This document shows positions 29,242 to 40,200 of a stretch of 64,000 nucleotides of DNA, piece after piece (position 1 is the first letter of the stretch; each line of letters starts with the position of its first letter). The stretch lies in the NCBI GenBank assembly GCA_039818205.1, contig JBCBUK010000012.1, positions 32,001 to 96,000 of the forward strand, written 5' to 3'. The position numbers and the translations under genes are program-made. Source of the DNA: Verrucomicrobiota bacterium (GTDB lineage Bacteria; Verrucomicrobiota; Verrucomicrobiia; Opitutales; Cerasicoccaceae). The notes under the pieces are model-generated. The model was given only the letters and a program-made list of their open reading frames with translations. It was not told the origin of the DNA and did not search any database.

Positions 29242-29931
29242 CTAGTTCCGATCCGCTTGTTCTTGGTCGAGTGGCCCACGCAACTTGCGTTCCAGGAGCA
29301 TCTCGGTATTGCTTTTTTCCAGGTATCCCTTCAATCGCGCGAATCGCTTGGATGCATCAAGCATCTCCAAAAGCTGCTGTTTGATGTCGTTGTCTTCACA
29401 CAGGGTGAAACTGGCGAGATCGACATATGTTTCGGGATCATGGAGACCATCAAGAAAATCAAATACTTCGCTTGGAGCGTGGGACCCAAGCTCTTGTCGG
29501 CGGCGAACAGAACGCGCCAGCTCAACGCGCATCGATTGCAGCTCATCGACGCTCGCCCCAGGATCGGTATCCAGGGGCTCAAATTCGGCCAATCGATAGG
29601 GCTCTTCGCGCAAAATTTTCAGTAGCCGCACCCGCGCCAACCCTTGAAGGATCAGATGTGAACACCCGTCTTTATCTTTCTGACAAGCTCGGACAATGCC
29701 AACCGATGCGATCGGGTATGCCGGTTCAAATTCCCCGGTCAACTGCCCCCGAGTCTCATCTTCGCGGGCAATCACGAACAATCGCTCACGGTCCAAGACA
29801 TCGGCCAACATCTGACGGTACCTCGGCTCAAAAATATAGAGCGGAAGCATCGCGTGCGGAAACAAAACCGTGTTCGTCAACGTCATGACCGGAATCTCCC
29901 GCGGTATGGCAATATCATTAGGCACTACCAC
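29242..29931 (-). CDS. LON peptidase substrate-binding domain protein
   Basis: VLFPHAMLPLYIFEPRYRQM, KQQLLE; no ATPase domain. Confidence 0.88.
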   Translation of the reverse strand: MVVPNDIAIPREIPVMTLTNTVLFPHAMLPLYIFEPRYRQMLADVLDRERLFVIAREDETRGQLTGEFEPAYPIASVGIVRACQKDKDGCSHLILQGLARVRLLKILREEPYRLAEFEPLDTDPGASVDELQSMRVELARSVRRRQELGSHAPSEVFDFLDGLHDPETYVDLASFTLCEDNDIKQQLLEMLDASKRFARLKGYLEKSNTEMLLERKLRGPLDQEQADRN

Positions 29932-29974
29932 TAGTGTGCGCCAGGGTCGCTATTTCGCAACCACGATAGATACT

Positions 29975-32404
29975 TTATTCTGGGCGAGTATTCGGATCGA
30001 CAAACCGCTTTACGGATTGAATCCAGGCATCTTGCTCCTCGGGAGTAGCCAAGAATTCATACCAGTTGATCGCCCGCATGTAGTTTACCAAATCTTCCAA
30101 AAAACCATAGGTGGACAGCACCTCATTCTGTTTTTGGACAAACGCTTCAGTTTGCGCATCAATGAGATCAATAATATTCACTCGGCCTACCCGATACTTC
30201 TCCGTCACGATATCCAAATTCTTTTGTGCACGGTCAGCAGCAATGCGGCTAAAACGAATATCGCTGTAGGATGAGCTCAGTGCATAAAGCGAATCCAGAA
30301 CGCGTTGCTCGATAAACTGCCGGGTGAAGGCTCGGTTGTATTCTTGGCTGCGCACGAGTGCCTTCTGGCGCAGCAAATTGAACACGCGGTTTCCACCTTC
30401 GAATATCGGCAACGATGCCTGCACTGTGACCCGCCACTCGTCGTCCGGCAGATTTCCACCGGCACCTGCGGCGAGTGGTGTCTCGAGCGTTTGCTTATCG
30501 AAGACGTTCTGGTAGTTGAAATTCACTCCCACTGAGGGGACATAGAAACTGCGGCTTGCCTGGTCGTAGCTGAGCTCACGTGCAGCCAGCGTTCTATCTT
30601 CAACCTCGAGTTCCGGCGCATGGGACATCGCATGCTGCAATGAAAACAAACGAAACTGTCGGGCCTGAGATTCGCTGGTGATCAACTCAATGACCCGGCG
30701 AGAGGTTACATCGAAATTATCAGAGTCCAGCCCGATCTCCTCGGCATTCCATTTTGTGCCGAGTTCATCCTGGCCTAGGACTCGGTTCAAGGCGGCCAGC
30801 GCGCTCAACACCTGGCTCTCGGCCAAGGCTACCGTCGCACGGTCCGAGGCCTCCGAGGATTCAAATCGATAGACTTCTTCCGGACCAGCGGTGCCGACAT
30901 CCAGGCGCACCCGTGCAAGCCCGAGATTCGTCCGGGTGACCTCCAAATTCTCCTTGGCAATTGCCAAAATCGACTTCGCGGCAAGATAACGTAGATACGC
31001 TACCGCCGCCTGTTGAACTGTGTCGGACTCAAGACTTTGCTCCTGGAACTCCGCTGCCTCATAGTCCTGCTCAGAAATCAGGTAGCCGGTCACCACCTCG
31101 TCATCGTAGATCATTTGAGCCACATCGACACCCACGCTATTCGCCTGACGCGGAATCGAACCCAGCGAACCGCGAGCCGTTGAATCGTCAACCCGCTGAT
31201 ATTGATAGACCGCATTAATCTGCGGGAGCATCCCGGAAAACGCCTGACGACGAGCCTCGTAGACCGCTTCGGTATCCTCGCGGGTGGCACGGAGTTCATA
31301 ATTTGCCTGCTTGGCCATTTCCACCGCTTTAGTCAAACGAAGGGGCTCTGCATTAATGTTTGGCGCCTCGCCCCCGATGAGCGTGGCATCGAAGAGCATA
31401 TCCGTTGGCAGATCAAATTGGATGCCCGCGGCGGTAACAACGTTCACGTACAGCTGGCGCTCGACCCGGAATAGCGCCGGGATCGACGTTGCCGTTTTAC
31501 CCGAGATTAACTCCTCGATATTCAAGGCTGCCCGGCGCGCCAACTGCTTACGCAAATCGGGCATCGTCCCAAAGAGGAACCCATCGGCCACGCCCGATTC
31601 ACCGGTCATCGCATAGGTCGGTATTCCCTTGGCATTGACGCCAGTGATAAATGCCTCGAGCTGCTGCTCATCCGGGAATCGCAGCGGGGGAAAAAAGAAA
31701 ATGGCTTCCGCGTCATCCGGAATACTCGCTAATGACCCCTCTGCCGTTGCTCCTAGCGGAACAAAGCCATGGTCAATCCCGAGATCACGGTCAATCTCGG
31801 CCAAGAGTTCGGGTACAACGCCGTCTTTGACGTCATCCAAATAGGCGTCAGTAGCGGTGTATAGAACCTTTTTGAATCCGACGAGATCGTGGAAGGTTTT
31901 TACGTCTTCGACCAACGAAATATCTGAGACAATTACCGACAAGTTATTGATTGTGGAACGCCCGTTTTTGATGAAAGGCGCAACGATGCGCGGATCCTGA
32001 ACGTAGGCTCCAACGCAGGGCTTCGTAAGCGGAACATTACCACTAGAGGCCTCTTCAAGGCTGAAGTAGCCTTGCAGTAATACTATATCGATCTCTGGAT
32101 CTCCCAAAGCACGCTCAAGCGCACGGCGCGCACCGTCGGGAGACCAATTCGCATTGAACGCCGCGTCTTCGCGGAAGTTGACTTTCCGTTTGCTACGCAA
32201 CAGCGCGGCCGTCTCCTCTTTGACCGTCTCAATCATCGCGTCCAATATGTAGGAGTTACCGTCGCGGACGATCGCGATGGTCAATTCTTCCATCACTGCT
32301 TCGTCGCCATCAGCGCTCGCGCTCTGGGCCCAGGAAGCGGTATGTCCAACGGTAAAAATAGCCAATAGGATGGCAAATCGGCGAATCCAATTCTCGTTAC
32401 GCAT
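29975..32404 (-). CDS. TolC-family outer membrane efflux protein with N-terminal substrate-binding-protein-like domain
   Basis: Signal peptide; about 340-aa alpha/beta N-domain (LYVNVVTAAGI); OEP repeats from LTKAVEMA, YRVGRVNIIDLIDAQ. Confidence 0.85.
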   Translation of the reverse strand: MRNENWIRRFAILLAIFTVGHTASWAQSASADGDEAVMEELTIAIVRDGNSYILDAMIETVKEETAALLRSKRKVNFREDAAFNANWSPDGARRALERALGDPEIDIVLLQGYFSLEEASSGNVPLTKPCVGAYVQDPRIVAPFIKNGRSTINNLSVIVSDISLVEDVKTFHDLVGFKKVLYTATDAYLDDVKDGVVPELLAEIDRDLGIDHGFVPLGATAEGSLASIPDDAEAIFFFPPLRFPDEQQLEAFITGVNAKGIPTYAMTGESGVADGFLFGTMPDLRKQLARRAALNIEELISGKTATSIPALFRVERQLYVNVVTAAGIQFDLPTDMLFDATLIGGEAPNINAEPLRLTKAVEMAKQANYELRATREDTEAVYEARRQAFSGMLPQINAVYQYQRVDDSTARGSLGSIPRQANSVGVDVAQMIYDDEVVTGYLISEQDYEAAEFQEQSLESDTVQQAAVAYLRYLAAKSILAIAKENLEVTRTNLGLARVRLDVGTAGPEEVYRFESSEASDRATVALAESQVLSALAALNRVLGQDELGTKWNAEEIGLDSDNFDVTSRRVIELITSESQARQFRLFSLQHAMSHAPELEVEDRTLAARELSYDQASRSFYVPSVGVNFNYQNVFDKQTLETPLAAGAGGNLPDDEWRVTVQASLPIFEGGNRVFNLLRQKALVRSQEYNRAFTRQFIEQRVLDSLYALSSSYSDIRFSRIAADRAQKNLDIVTEKYRVGRVNIIDLIDAQTEAFVQKQNEVLSTYGFLEDLVNYMRAINWYEFLATPEEQDAWIQSVKRFVDPNTRPE

Positions 32405-32409
32405 GAGTA

Positions 32410-35400
32410 CTATTCTGATTCTTTAATGGGAGCCGGCGACTTCCCGAACTTTTCTGAAAGCGTCTGAACGACGAAATACAACATAGGCACGACGACCACA
32501 CTAACCACCGTGGCAACGATCATACCGCCAAAAACAGAGGTGCCAATCGCCTTACGGCTCTCAGCGCCAGCCCCAGAGGCAACTAGCAACGGAATCACCC
32601 CAAGGATAAAGGAGAATGCTGTCATCAAAACCGCTCGGAATCGCAGACGGGCAGCAGACACCGCAGCGTCAAAAGGAGACATACCCGTTTCTCGCTGAGC
32701 CTTCGCAAACTCCACAATCAGAATCGCGCTCTTCGTCGAGAGCCCGATCAGTAACACTATCCCGATCTGCGTGTAGACGTTATTGTCGTAACCGCGTGCC
32801 ATCAATGCCGCCACCGCACCGAGCAACGCAGTGGGGACCGCCAGACAAACCGAGATTGGCAAAGTCCAACTCTCGTATTGAGCCGCAAGCACCAGATAGA
32901 CTAAAACGATCGCGAGGGCGAAGATGATAGTCGTTCCTCCTTGTGCCATTTTCTCCTGGTAAGAAAGGTCCGTCCAGTCGTAACCGAAGGCGGCGGGCAA
33001 CTGAGTGTTGCCCATATTTTCAACGACAGCCATCGCGTCCCCCGAACTAAAGCCGGGAGCCGGATTACCCATAATCTTCACCGACGGGTACAGGTTGTAT
33101 CGCGTGATCGTTTGTGGTCCGAGGGTTTCCTCGATGTCGATAAAATTGGCCAGCGGCGCCATCCCTCCCCCGGGCGTTCGAATCTCCAGTTTGCCAATGT
33201 CGGTCGGCTGCGATCGAAAATCACTCCCAGCTTGGGCATAGACTTTGAAGACCCGACTGAAGTCGGTGTAGTCATTGATATAGGAGGATCCCAAATTGAC
33301 CTGAAGGGCCGACCAGATGCTTCCCAACGGAATACCCCGGTTCATAACCTGCTCTCGATTCACGTCCACAAACAGTTGCGGCACATTTGCTCGGAAAGGC
33401 GTATACATCCCGGTTAACGCCGTCTGACCGTTACCCGCGTCGATCACGTAATCCGCAACCTGCTGCAGGGTCTGCAAACCGACGCCTTGGCGGTCTTGCA
33501 ACATCATCGTGAAGCCTCCACTGAGCCCGAGACCCGGCAAGGATGGCGTGGGAAAGGCAAAGGCCAAACAATCCTGAAGCTGGCTCAATCGTCGGTTCAG
33601 GGCCATCAATATGGCGTTCTGGTGTTCCGACGGTGGACGTTCTGACCAGTCATCAAAAACAATAACCGCGAATCCGGTGTTGGAGGCAACAGCGCCATCA
33701 ATCAACGAATAACCCGAGATGCTCAAATAACGGGCCACACCCGGAACATCCTTCACCACATTATCGACTTGGTTCAGAACACTCTTGGTGCGATCCAAAG
33801 CGGCGGCTTCGGGAAGTTGAACGCTGGCAATACAGTAGCCTTCATCTTCCTGCGGCACGAAGCCTCCCGGCAAATTGACGAAGCCATAGCCAGCTAGAAC
33901 GATCAAACCGACAAAAAGAAAGACACCAATCGCCGCCTTACGCAGCGCATATTTTACGACGCCGTGGTAGGCACTCGTCGTTCCGTCCATCCCCTTATTG
34001 AACAAGCGGAAAAACCAAGGAGTCTTACCGGAAGTCTTGCGAAGCAGCACGCCGCAAAGAGCTGGGCTCAATGTCAGCGCGTTGATCGAGCTGAACACCG
34101 TGGCGATCGCAATCGTCAACGCAAACTGACGAAAAAGAATGCCTGTTATCCCGCTCATAAAGGCCGTTGGGATAAACACCGCTAAGAGCACCAAAGTGGT
34201 CGCGACCACCGGCCCGGTCACCTCGGTCATGGTTTTCATTGCCGCCTCTTTCGGACTCATCCCAAGCTCTTCGATATTAAGCGTACAATTCTCAACGACC
34301 ACGATCGCGTCATCCACCACAATACCGATCACCAGCACCAGACCGAACAGAGTTAAGGTGTTGATCGAAAAGCCGAGGACGGCCATCGCCGCAAACGTAC
34401 CAATCAACGAAACTGGAATCGTCATCGATGGAATCAGCGTCGCCCGGAAATTTTGCAGGAAGACAAAGACGGTAAAGACGACGAGCGCGAGTGTGATAAA
34501 CAGGGTCTCAACAACTTCCTTGATCGAGGCCTTAATCGCGACCGTGTCGTCATAAACGATCTCATATTGAACGCCTTCCGGAAAATTCTTGGACAACTCT
34601 TTGATTTTGGCTTTTACACCATCAACGACCTCCACCGCATTGGCTCCCGGTATCTGGTAGATCGCAAACGCCGCACAAGGCTCTCCATTAAAGTTCGCCC
34701 CGAGCCGGTAAGATTCGGACCCGACTTCAACACGGGCAATATCGCGTATGCGCAAAGCCCCGCCGTCCACAGTGGATCGGATAATGATGTCGCCGAATTG
34801 CTCGGGATCAACCAATCGCCCCTGGACATTAATCGTGAATTGAAACGGTTGGCCAGCTGGCGCAGGCGGCTCACCAATCGAGCCTGCCGCCACCTGAACA
34901 TTCTGTTGCTGCACCGCGGCTGTCACGTCATCGACCGAGACACTTCTTGCGGTCATTTTCTGTGGATCCAGCCAAATCCGCATCGAATATTTTCCGACGC
35001 CAAATGTTTGCACCTCACCCACTCCGGCGACCCGGGCAACTTCGTCCTTGATCCGCAAATCCAAATAATTGGAAAGGAAAACATCGTTATATTTTTCGTC
35101 ACTCGAGGTCAGCGCGACATACATATTCGCGACCGAGGACTTCTTTTTAACTGTGACGCCCAAGCGCTGGACCTCCTGGGGTAACAACGACTGCGCCTTG
35201 GAAACCCGATTCTGGGTCAATACGTTTGCCATGTCCTGGTCTGTCCCGGTGGCAAAGGTAACCGTCAAACTCATCGAACCATCGTTCGCGGAAACGCTCG
35301 ACATGTAGATCATGTCCTCAACGCCGTTGACTTCCTGCTCGATCGGCGAGGCGACAGTATCAGCTACGGTTTGTGCATTAGCTCCAGGATAAGCCGCCGT

Positions 35401-35538
35401 GACAGTCACCTGAGGCGGCGCAATTTCTGGGTAGCGCTCAACGGGCAGCGAGACCAGCGAGAAGCCACCAAGCAACATAATCACGATGGATATCACTCCG
35501 GCGAAGATCGGGCGGCGAATGAAAAAATGACTAAACAT
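32410..35538 (-). CDS. RND multidrug efflux permease (HAE1, AcrB/MexF-like)
   Basis: FFIRRPIFA, GIVVDDAIVVVEN, PQEDEG, AILIVEFA, RFRAVLMT. Confidence 0.96.
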   Translation of the reverse strand: MFSHFFIRRPIFAGVISIVIMLLGGFSLVSLPVERYPEIAPPQVTVTAAYPGANAQTVADTVASPIEQEVNGVEDMIYMSSVSANDGSMSLTVTFATGTDQDMANVLTQNRVSKAQSLLPQEVQRLGVTVKKKSSVANMYVALTSSDEKYNDVFLSNYLDLRIKDEVARVAGVGEVQTFGVGKYSMRIWLDPQKMTARSVSVDDVTAAVQQQNVQVAAGSIGEPPAPAGQPFQFTINVQGRLVDPEQFGDIIIRSTVDGGALRIRDIARVEVGSESYRLGANFNGEPCAAFAIYQIPGANAVEVVDGVKAKIKELSKNFPEGVQYEIVYDDTVAIKASIKEVVETLFITLALVVFTVFVFLQNFRATLIPSMTIPVSLIGTFAAMAVLGFSINTLTLFGLVLVIGIVVDDAIVVVENCTLNIEELGMSPKEAAMKTMTEVTGPVVATTLVLLAVFIPTAFMSGITGILFRQFALTIAIATVFSSINALTLSPALCGVLLRKTSGKTPWFFRLFNKGMDGTTSAYHGVVKYALRKAAIGVFLFVGLIVLAGYGFVNLPGGFVPQEDEGYCIASVQLPEAAALDRTKSVLNQVDNVVKDVPGVARYLSISGYSLIDGAVASNTGFAVIVFDDWSERPPSEHQNAILMALNRRLSQLQDCLAFAFPTPSLPGLGLSGGFTMMLQDRQGVGLQTLQQVADYVIDAGNGQTALTGMYTPFRANVPQLFVDVNREQVMNRGIPLGSIWSALQVNLGSSYINDYTDFSRVFKVYAQAGSDFRSQPTDIGKLEIRTPGGGMAPLANFIDIEETLGPQTITRYNLYPSVKIMGNPAPGFSSGDAMAVVENMGNTQLPAAFGYDWTDLSYQEKMAQGGTTIIFALAIVLVYLVLAAQYESWTLPISVCLAVPTALLGAVAALMARGYDNNVYTQIGIVLLIGLSTKSAILIVEFAKAQRETGMSPFDAAVSAARLRFRAVLMTAFSFILGVIPLLVASGAGAESRKAIGTSVFGGMIVATVVSVVVVPMLYFVVQTLSEKFGKSPAPIKESE

Positions 35539-35550
35539 GGCAGCTCCCTA

Positions 35551-36687
35551 TTATTCAGCAGCGGGTTGTTCAGCTTGCGCCTGAGTTTCGACCTTCACCT
35601 TTGCTCCGGGTCGCGCTCGTTGAATACCGTTCACAATCAAACGGGAACCGGGCTCAAGCCCTTTCTCTAGAATGATTCCCTGATCGACGCGCGCCCCTTT
35701 GGTCACATACCGGCTCTCAACCATATTGTCCGCATTCACAACGAGAACGAAACTTCCTGCTAGGTCCTTCTGGAGGACGGCTTCCGGGACCACGATGGCT
35801 TCCTCAATATCATCGGCAAATCGCACGTTGCCAAACAATCCCGGATAAAGCAAACGAGTCGGGTTCGGGAATACTGCCCGGACCTCGATCGTGCCGGTCT
35901 CGCGATTGATCTGATTATCAACGTAATCGATGCGTCCCGCCTCTGGGTAAATGCTTCCATCGGCGAGTTGAAGGGAAACCGACAACTGCGCGCTTTTTCG
36001 CTCGGAGCGTAGCTCACGGTCACGTTGCAAATATTTCAGGAATGTGCGTTCGTCGGCATCGAAGTAAAAATACATCGGATCAAAAGAGACGACCCGTGCG
36101 AGCGAGCTATTGCTGCCAGGCCCCACCAGGTTGCCGACATCGATGAACTCGCGCGAGATCTGCCCGTCGATCGGTGATTGCACCTTAGTATATCCCAGGT
36201 CGAGCTTTGCTTGCTCCAGTGTGGCTTGAGCTTGCTCGACGCCTCCTTTGGCCAAGTCCAGGTCTGCCTCAGACTTGAGAAGCTCCAGCTCAGAAATTGC
36301 CTGGGTCGCAAACAGCTCGCGATTTCTCTGATAAGTGGTGTCTGCCAGATCGCGCTGCGCAATCGCGCTCGAGAGCTGCCCCTGGGCCGCCTTCAAATTC
36401 GCCTCATACTCGGCTGGATCAATCGTAAAGAGCAACTGCCCTTCCTCAACATCCGAGCCAGCTCTAAAATCCTGGGTCAGCAGGAAACCTTGCACCCGGG
36501 CAACAACCTCGACCTCCGATACCGCCGCGGTTTGGCCGGGCAAACTATCGTAAACCGTTACCGATTGCGGTTGCACCTCGGCCACAGTAACCGTTGGTGG
36601 TGGCGGCTCGGCGAATTCATTGCGTTTGGGGCAACCAGTCAGAAACAGGCACGCCACAAGAAGGGCAAAATAAAAGCGTATAGACAT
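35551..36687 (-). CDS. RND periplasmic adaptor (membrane fusion protein), lipoprotein
   Basis: Lipobox LTG-C, ARVQG, YTKVQSPIDG, TGTIEVRAVFPNP. Confidence 0.95.
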   Translation of the reverse strand: MSIRFYFALLVACLFLTGCPKRNEFAEPPPPTVTVAEVQPQSVTVYDSLPGQTAAVSEVEVVARVQGFLLTQDFRAGSDVEEGQLLFTIDPAEYEANLKAAQGQLSSAIAQRDLADTTYQRNRELFATQAISELELLKSEADLDLAKGGVEQAQATLEQAKLDLGYTKVQSPIDGQISREFIDVGNLVGPGSNSSLARVVSFDPMYFYFDADERTFLKYLQRDRELRSERKSAQLSVSLQLADGSIYPEAGRIDYVDNQINRETGTIEVRAVFPNPTRLLYPGLFGNVRFADDIEEAIVVPEAVLQKDLAGSFVLVVNADNMVESRYVTKGARVDQGIILEKGLEPGSRLIVNGIQRARPGAKVKVETQAQAEQPAAE

Positions 36688-36764
36688 AGCGACAGCTGAT
36701 AATTCTAACCAAATTTGAGTTAGATCAACTGCCTAGGCAACTTCGTTTTCCACCAGGGACGAAT

Positions 36765-37160
36765 TTACCTAGCCGGCCGGCTAGGTTTAGTCAGCAATGG
36801 CACCAACACGGCACCTCCTGAGATAATAAAAAACCAGTAATTCCGAAAAAGGTCGGTCGTGATTCCATTGACTGCGATTGCTGCAACCGCTGCCGCTGGA
36901 AAAACCAAGAGGATCGAGTAGAGGCCATTCCACTCCATGTCGTTCAAGCGACGGATAGTCTGCGCCATCGCAACGCTCAAGCCGAATATAGCACACACAA
37001 TTGCCAAGAAAATAATCAGGCCGGACAGGTGGTGGTTGTGGTGAAGCCACGCATGAATTATCTCAGCCGAAGCCACGGTCACGATTGTGATGAGAATGAG
37101 ATGTATCAGGTAACCAACGCGTCCCCGCTTGGCGTGCATATTCATGTAAGCACTAAACAT
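36765..37160 (-). CDS. DUF805 family membrane protein
   Basis: GRVGYL, TIRRLNDMEWNG. Confidence 0.75.
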   Translation of the reverse strand: MFSAYMNMHAKRGRVGYLIHLILITIVTVASAEIIHAWLHHNHHLSGLIIFLAIVCAIFGLSVAMAQTIRRLNDMEWNGLYSILLVFPAAAVAAIAVNGITTDLFRNYWFFIISGGAVLVPLLTKPSRPAR

Positions 37161-37202
37161 TGTCCGACCTATTTGCTGGGCATTGAAACATTTTTACGAG
37201 AA

Positions 37203-37235
37203 ATGGGTGCGGAGACCACGGTCCACCGCACCCAT
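37203..37235 (-). terminator. Probable terminator after the 1808-aa gene
   Basis: ATGGGTGCGG...CCGCACCCAT inverted repeat about 40 bp past the stop, followed by TTTC on the minus strand. Confidence 0.6.
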
Positions 37236-37276
37236 AAACTAAGAAGTAAAAATGACTGACGAATGCAATTTATTTC

Positions 37277-40200
37277 TTATCCGCCGACAATCGTGACTCC
37301 AATGAATTGATTATTTCCAGCGGTGTCGAAGGCGTATTCGGTGGCACCAAAGGTGCCGATCGTGCGAACCCGATAGAAATAGGTTTTGTTAACCTCAACA
37401 TCATTATCGATGAAGCTGGCTTCGTTGTTATTGTCATCACTGGTTACGATTGTTGAAGTGCCGATCAGCTCATAACCCGTATCCGGTTGAAGGCTTCGCT
37501 CAATGTGAAAGGCACCGTCAGTGATTAGCTCACCCGTATTGGGGTCTACAACAACCGCCTCTCCCCGCCAAGTGATCTTAAGCGCAGTGCCCGACGCAAC
37601 CAAACTGGCACCGAGATTTGTAGGAGCTGCCGGCTCCACATTTCCAGATGTATCGACGACAATTCTCATAAAGCGAGAGTCGATTCCGGTAAACGGAGCA
37701 ATATCTCGAACCGTAACTCGGGCTGAATAGACGTCCTGGACATCCGTCACATTACCTTCAACCGACAATACGCGCGGATTGGAAATCAGTCCTCCAAATC
37801 CAGTGAGACTACCTTCACCATTGGGATCGATGTAAGGGGGATCAATTGTAACGATGTCCTCCCAGGGGCCATTGACGTTATCCGCTCCTTGAACGATCAA
37901 ATCGGCGTCGGTCATCCGAACATTGAAATCAAACGTAATGCTCAAGAAATCAGGATCACCCGGAAACCGGGGAATGTTTAATTGAACAAGTCCATTCTGA
38001 TTTTCCGGATCGAAGAGCAGATTGGCGTGGGTTGGGATCGAAGCCAACGCATACTCGGTCAGATTGTCATAGGCGTCGCCATCGGTATTGAGTATCGGAT
38101 TACTCAATGCATTTATGGGCTGAATCGTAACCTCACTAAACGGGGGCTGACCGACATAAACACCGTAGTTCTCCGTGCGAGAAGTCACCTGCGTCTCGTC
38201 AAAGCTGAAGAACCGACTGTCTACCGGAACAATATTGAAAAATAGCGTATCCGTCTGCGCCAAATTATCAAATGATCCAATGCGGAAAAGATTCGTCTCA
38301 CTAGACTCCAAAATAGTGTCGGTGCTATCAACAAAAAGTCGGAAGAAAAACGGGGTCCCTACTATCCCGAACTGATTCGCCTCGACCGATGCGTCATCCT
38401 CAGGGGTACCAGGCGGAATAGAACCCAATGCGACCAATATATCCCGCATGGTCGGCAAATCGACATAGTGATTAACGGAAGATCGGCTGCCGGTTGGGAA
38501 CTGCGCACTGACCTCGGGCAAGAACAAACGCTGAGGGACATCATCGTAGGTACGAATGAGAACCTCAAGGTCAACAATCAACGCATACAACTGGAGTTGA
38601 ACGTTAAACTCCTGACTTTCTGTAACCGTGCCTAAGCCAGTGTTGGTGATATCATATTTCACATAGCTACGCATTGTGGGGCGGTAAGGATAATCGTTGA
38701 AAAATCCGACCGTATTCTCGATCACCAGATTTGGCGCCCGAACAATGATAAAGCCAGGTCCAACGGTAGCCGAGTTGTTGGCCAAGGTGAAATCGCCGAT
38801 TGCGAATGAACCCTCGTGCCTGAGCAAGATGAAATAGTTACCAGCTGGAGTGCTGAATGGGAGGTGAATATCCCCTTGGAAAATTATCTGATCACCCGTG
38901 ATAATCGGGGTGCTTTGATTGGCAAAGGTTCCCAGCGGCACGTCGTCTTCGTTGCCAAACACCTGGTCGATCGACAGGTGAATATCAAGATTCGAAGAAT
39001 CCCAGTCAGGTAGGGCTTCGAAGTCTGCTCCGACATTTTTCATCGAAACGGTGATCGGCAAAACACCCGTGCCATTAGAGTCGTCCAGGATGTAGGTTCC
39101 GGGCGTGGCAACAACGTCTTGAATCGTCATGTCGATGTTACTGACAGGCACATTCGCAAAGCTGAATAGCGCCGGTGGCACGCCAACCTGAGCAATTCCA
39201 TCGATTGTGTTCGCGCTATTTTTGGTGTAGGTAAACTCAATCGTCCACGGAAGCGGTCCTGGATTCTGGTAAAGTGCACTTGCCGGATCGATGATAATCA
39301 GCTGATCGACAAAATTTGAATTAGCACCCGCCAGTTCACGCGTGAAGGTTCCGCCCCCGTTCGCAATCACAAGATTGTTATTGCTGTCGCGAATGACAAA
39401 CGAAACGATATCAGCCGTACCGTTCACATCGCTTCCAGAGTTGGACCACGGTGCTGGCAGCTGGTTGACTCCGAGTTCGACCGGGACCTCATACGTAAAG
39501 GTAACGGCGTCGCCCTGAGCCAAACCGCTGATCTCATAGAGTTGTCCCGCAGGCGCGAAGAAATTGTCCACGAGCATCCATTCACCTGGATTACCGACTC
39601 CTGTCACGATTGGTCCAGGAAGACTTGGGTCAGGATTTCCACGATTGAAGACATTGGTCTCCGGAATGGGCTGGAGAATTTCTAAGCCATCAAGGAATGC
39701 CTGAGCTTCGGCATCATCGCTATTCTTGCTAAATGTCCAACGGAAGCTACGTGGACCCGCACCAACCTGGAATGCGACCTGTTGCCAAATCGTGTCGCCG
39801 GAAATAACCGCCGATTGTGGAGTGGTGTCGAAATCGAAGGTCGGAAGCGATTGCACAACTCCATCGACCAGAAATGTCAGCGTGTCTTCGCCGGCTTCTC
39901 CAGTCGTCTTCCACCAGAACTTGACGATTGAATTCTCGGTTAAATCGTAAGTCAGGTTCAAGGCGGCAGTTTGGCCAGCAGTCATCCCAGCGGGCGACTT
40001 TACCGAACTATCGCCTACCGGAGCCGAGCTATCGGGCTCGCCGCTAAAGCTCAAACTATTCGTGTCCGGAATGAAGGCCGGGATTTCTAAATCAACCCGA
40101 GCGGTTGCGCCTGTTATTGCTGTAACCTGGTCGTAGGTCCACGTAATCGTCCACGGATAGGGATAATTGCCGGGCACGTAGAGATCGGTATTATCCGCAT

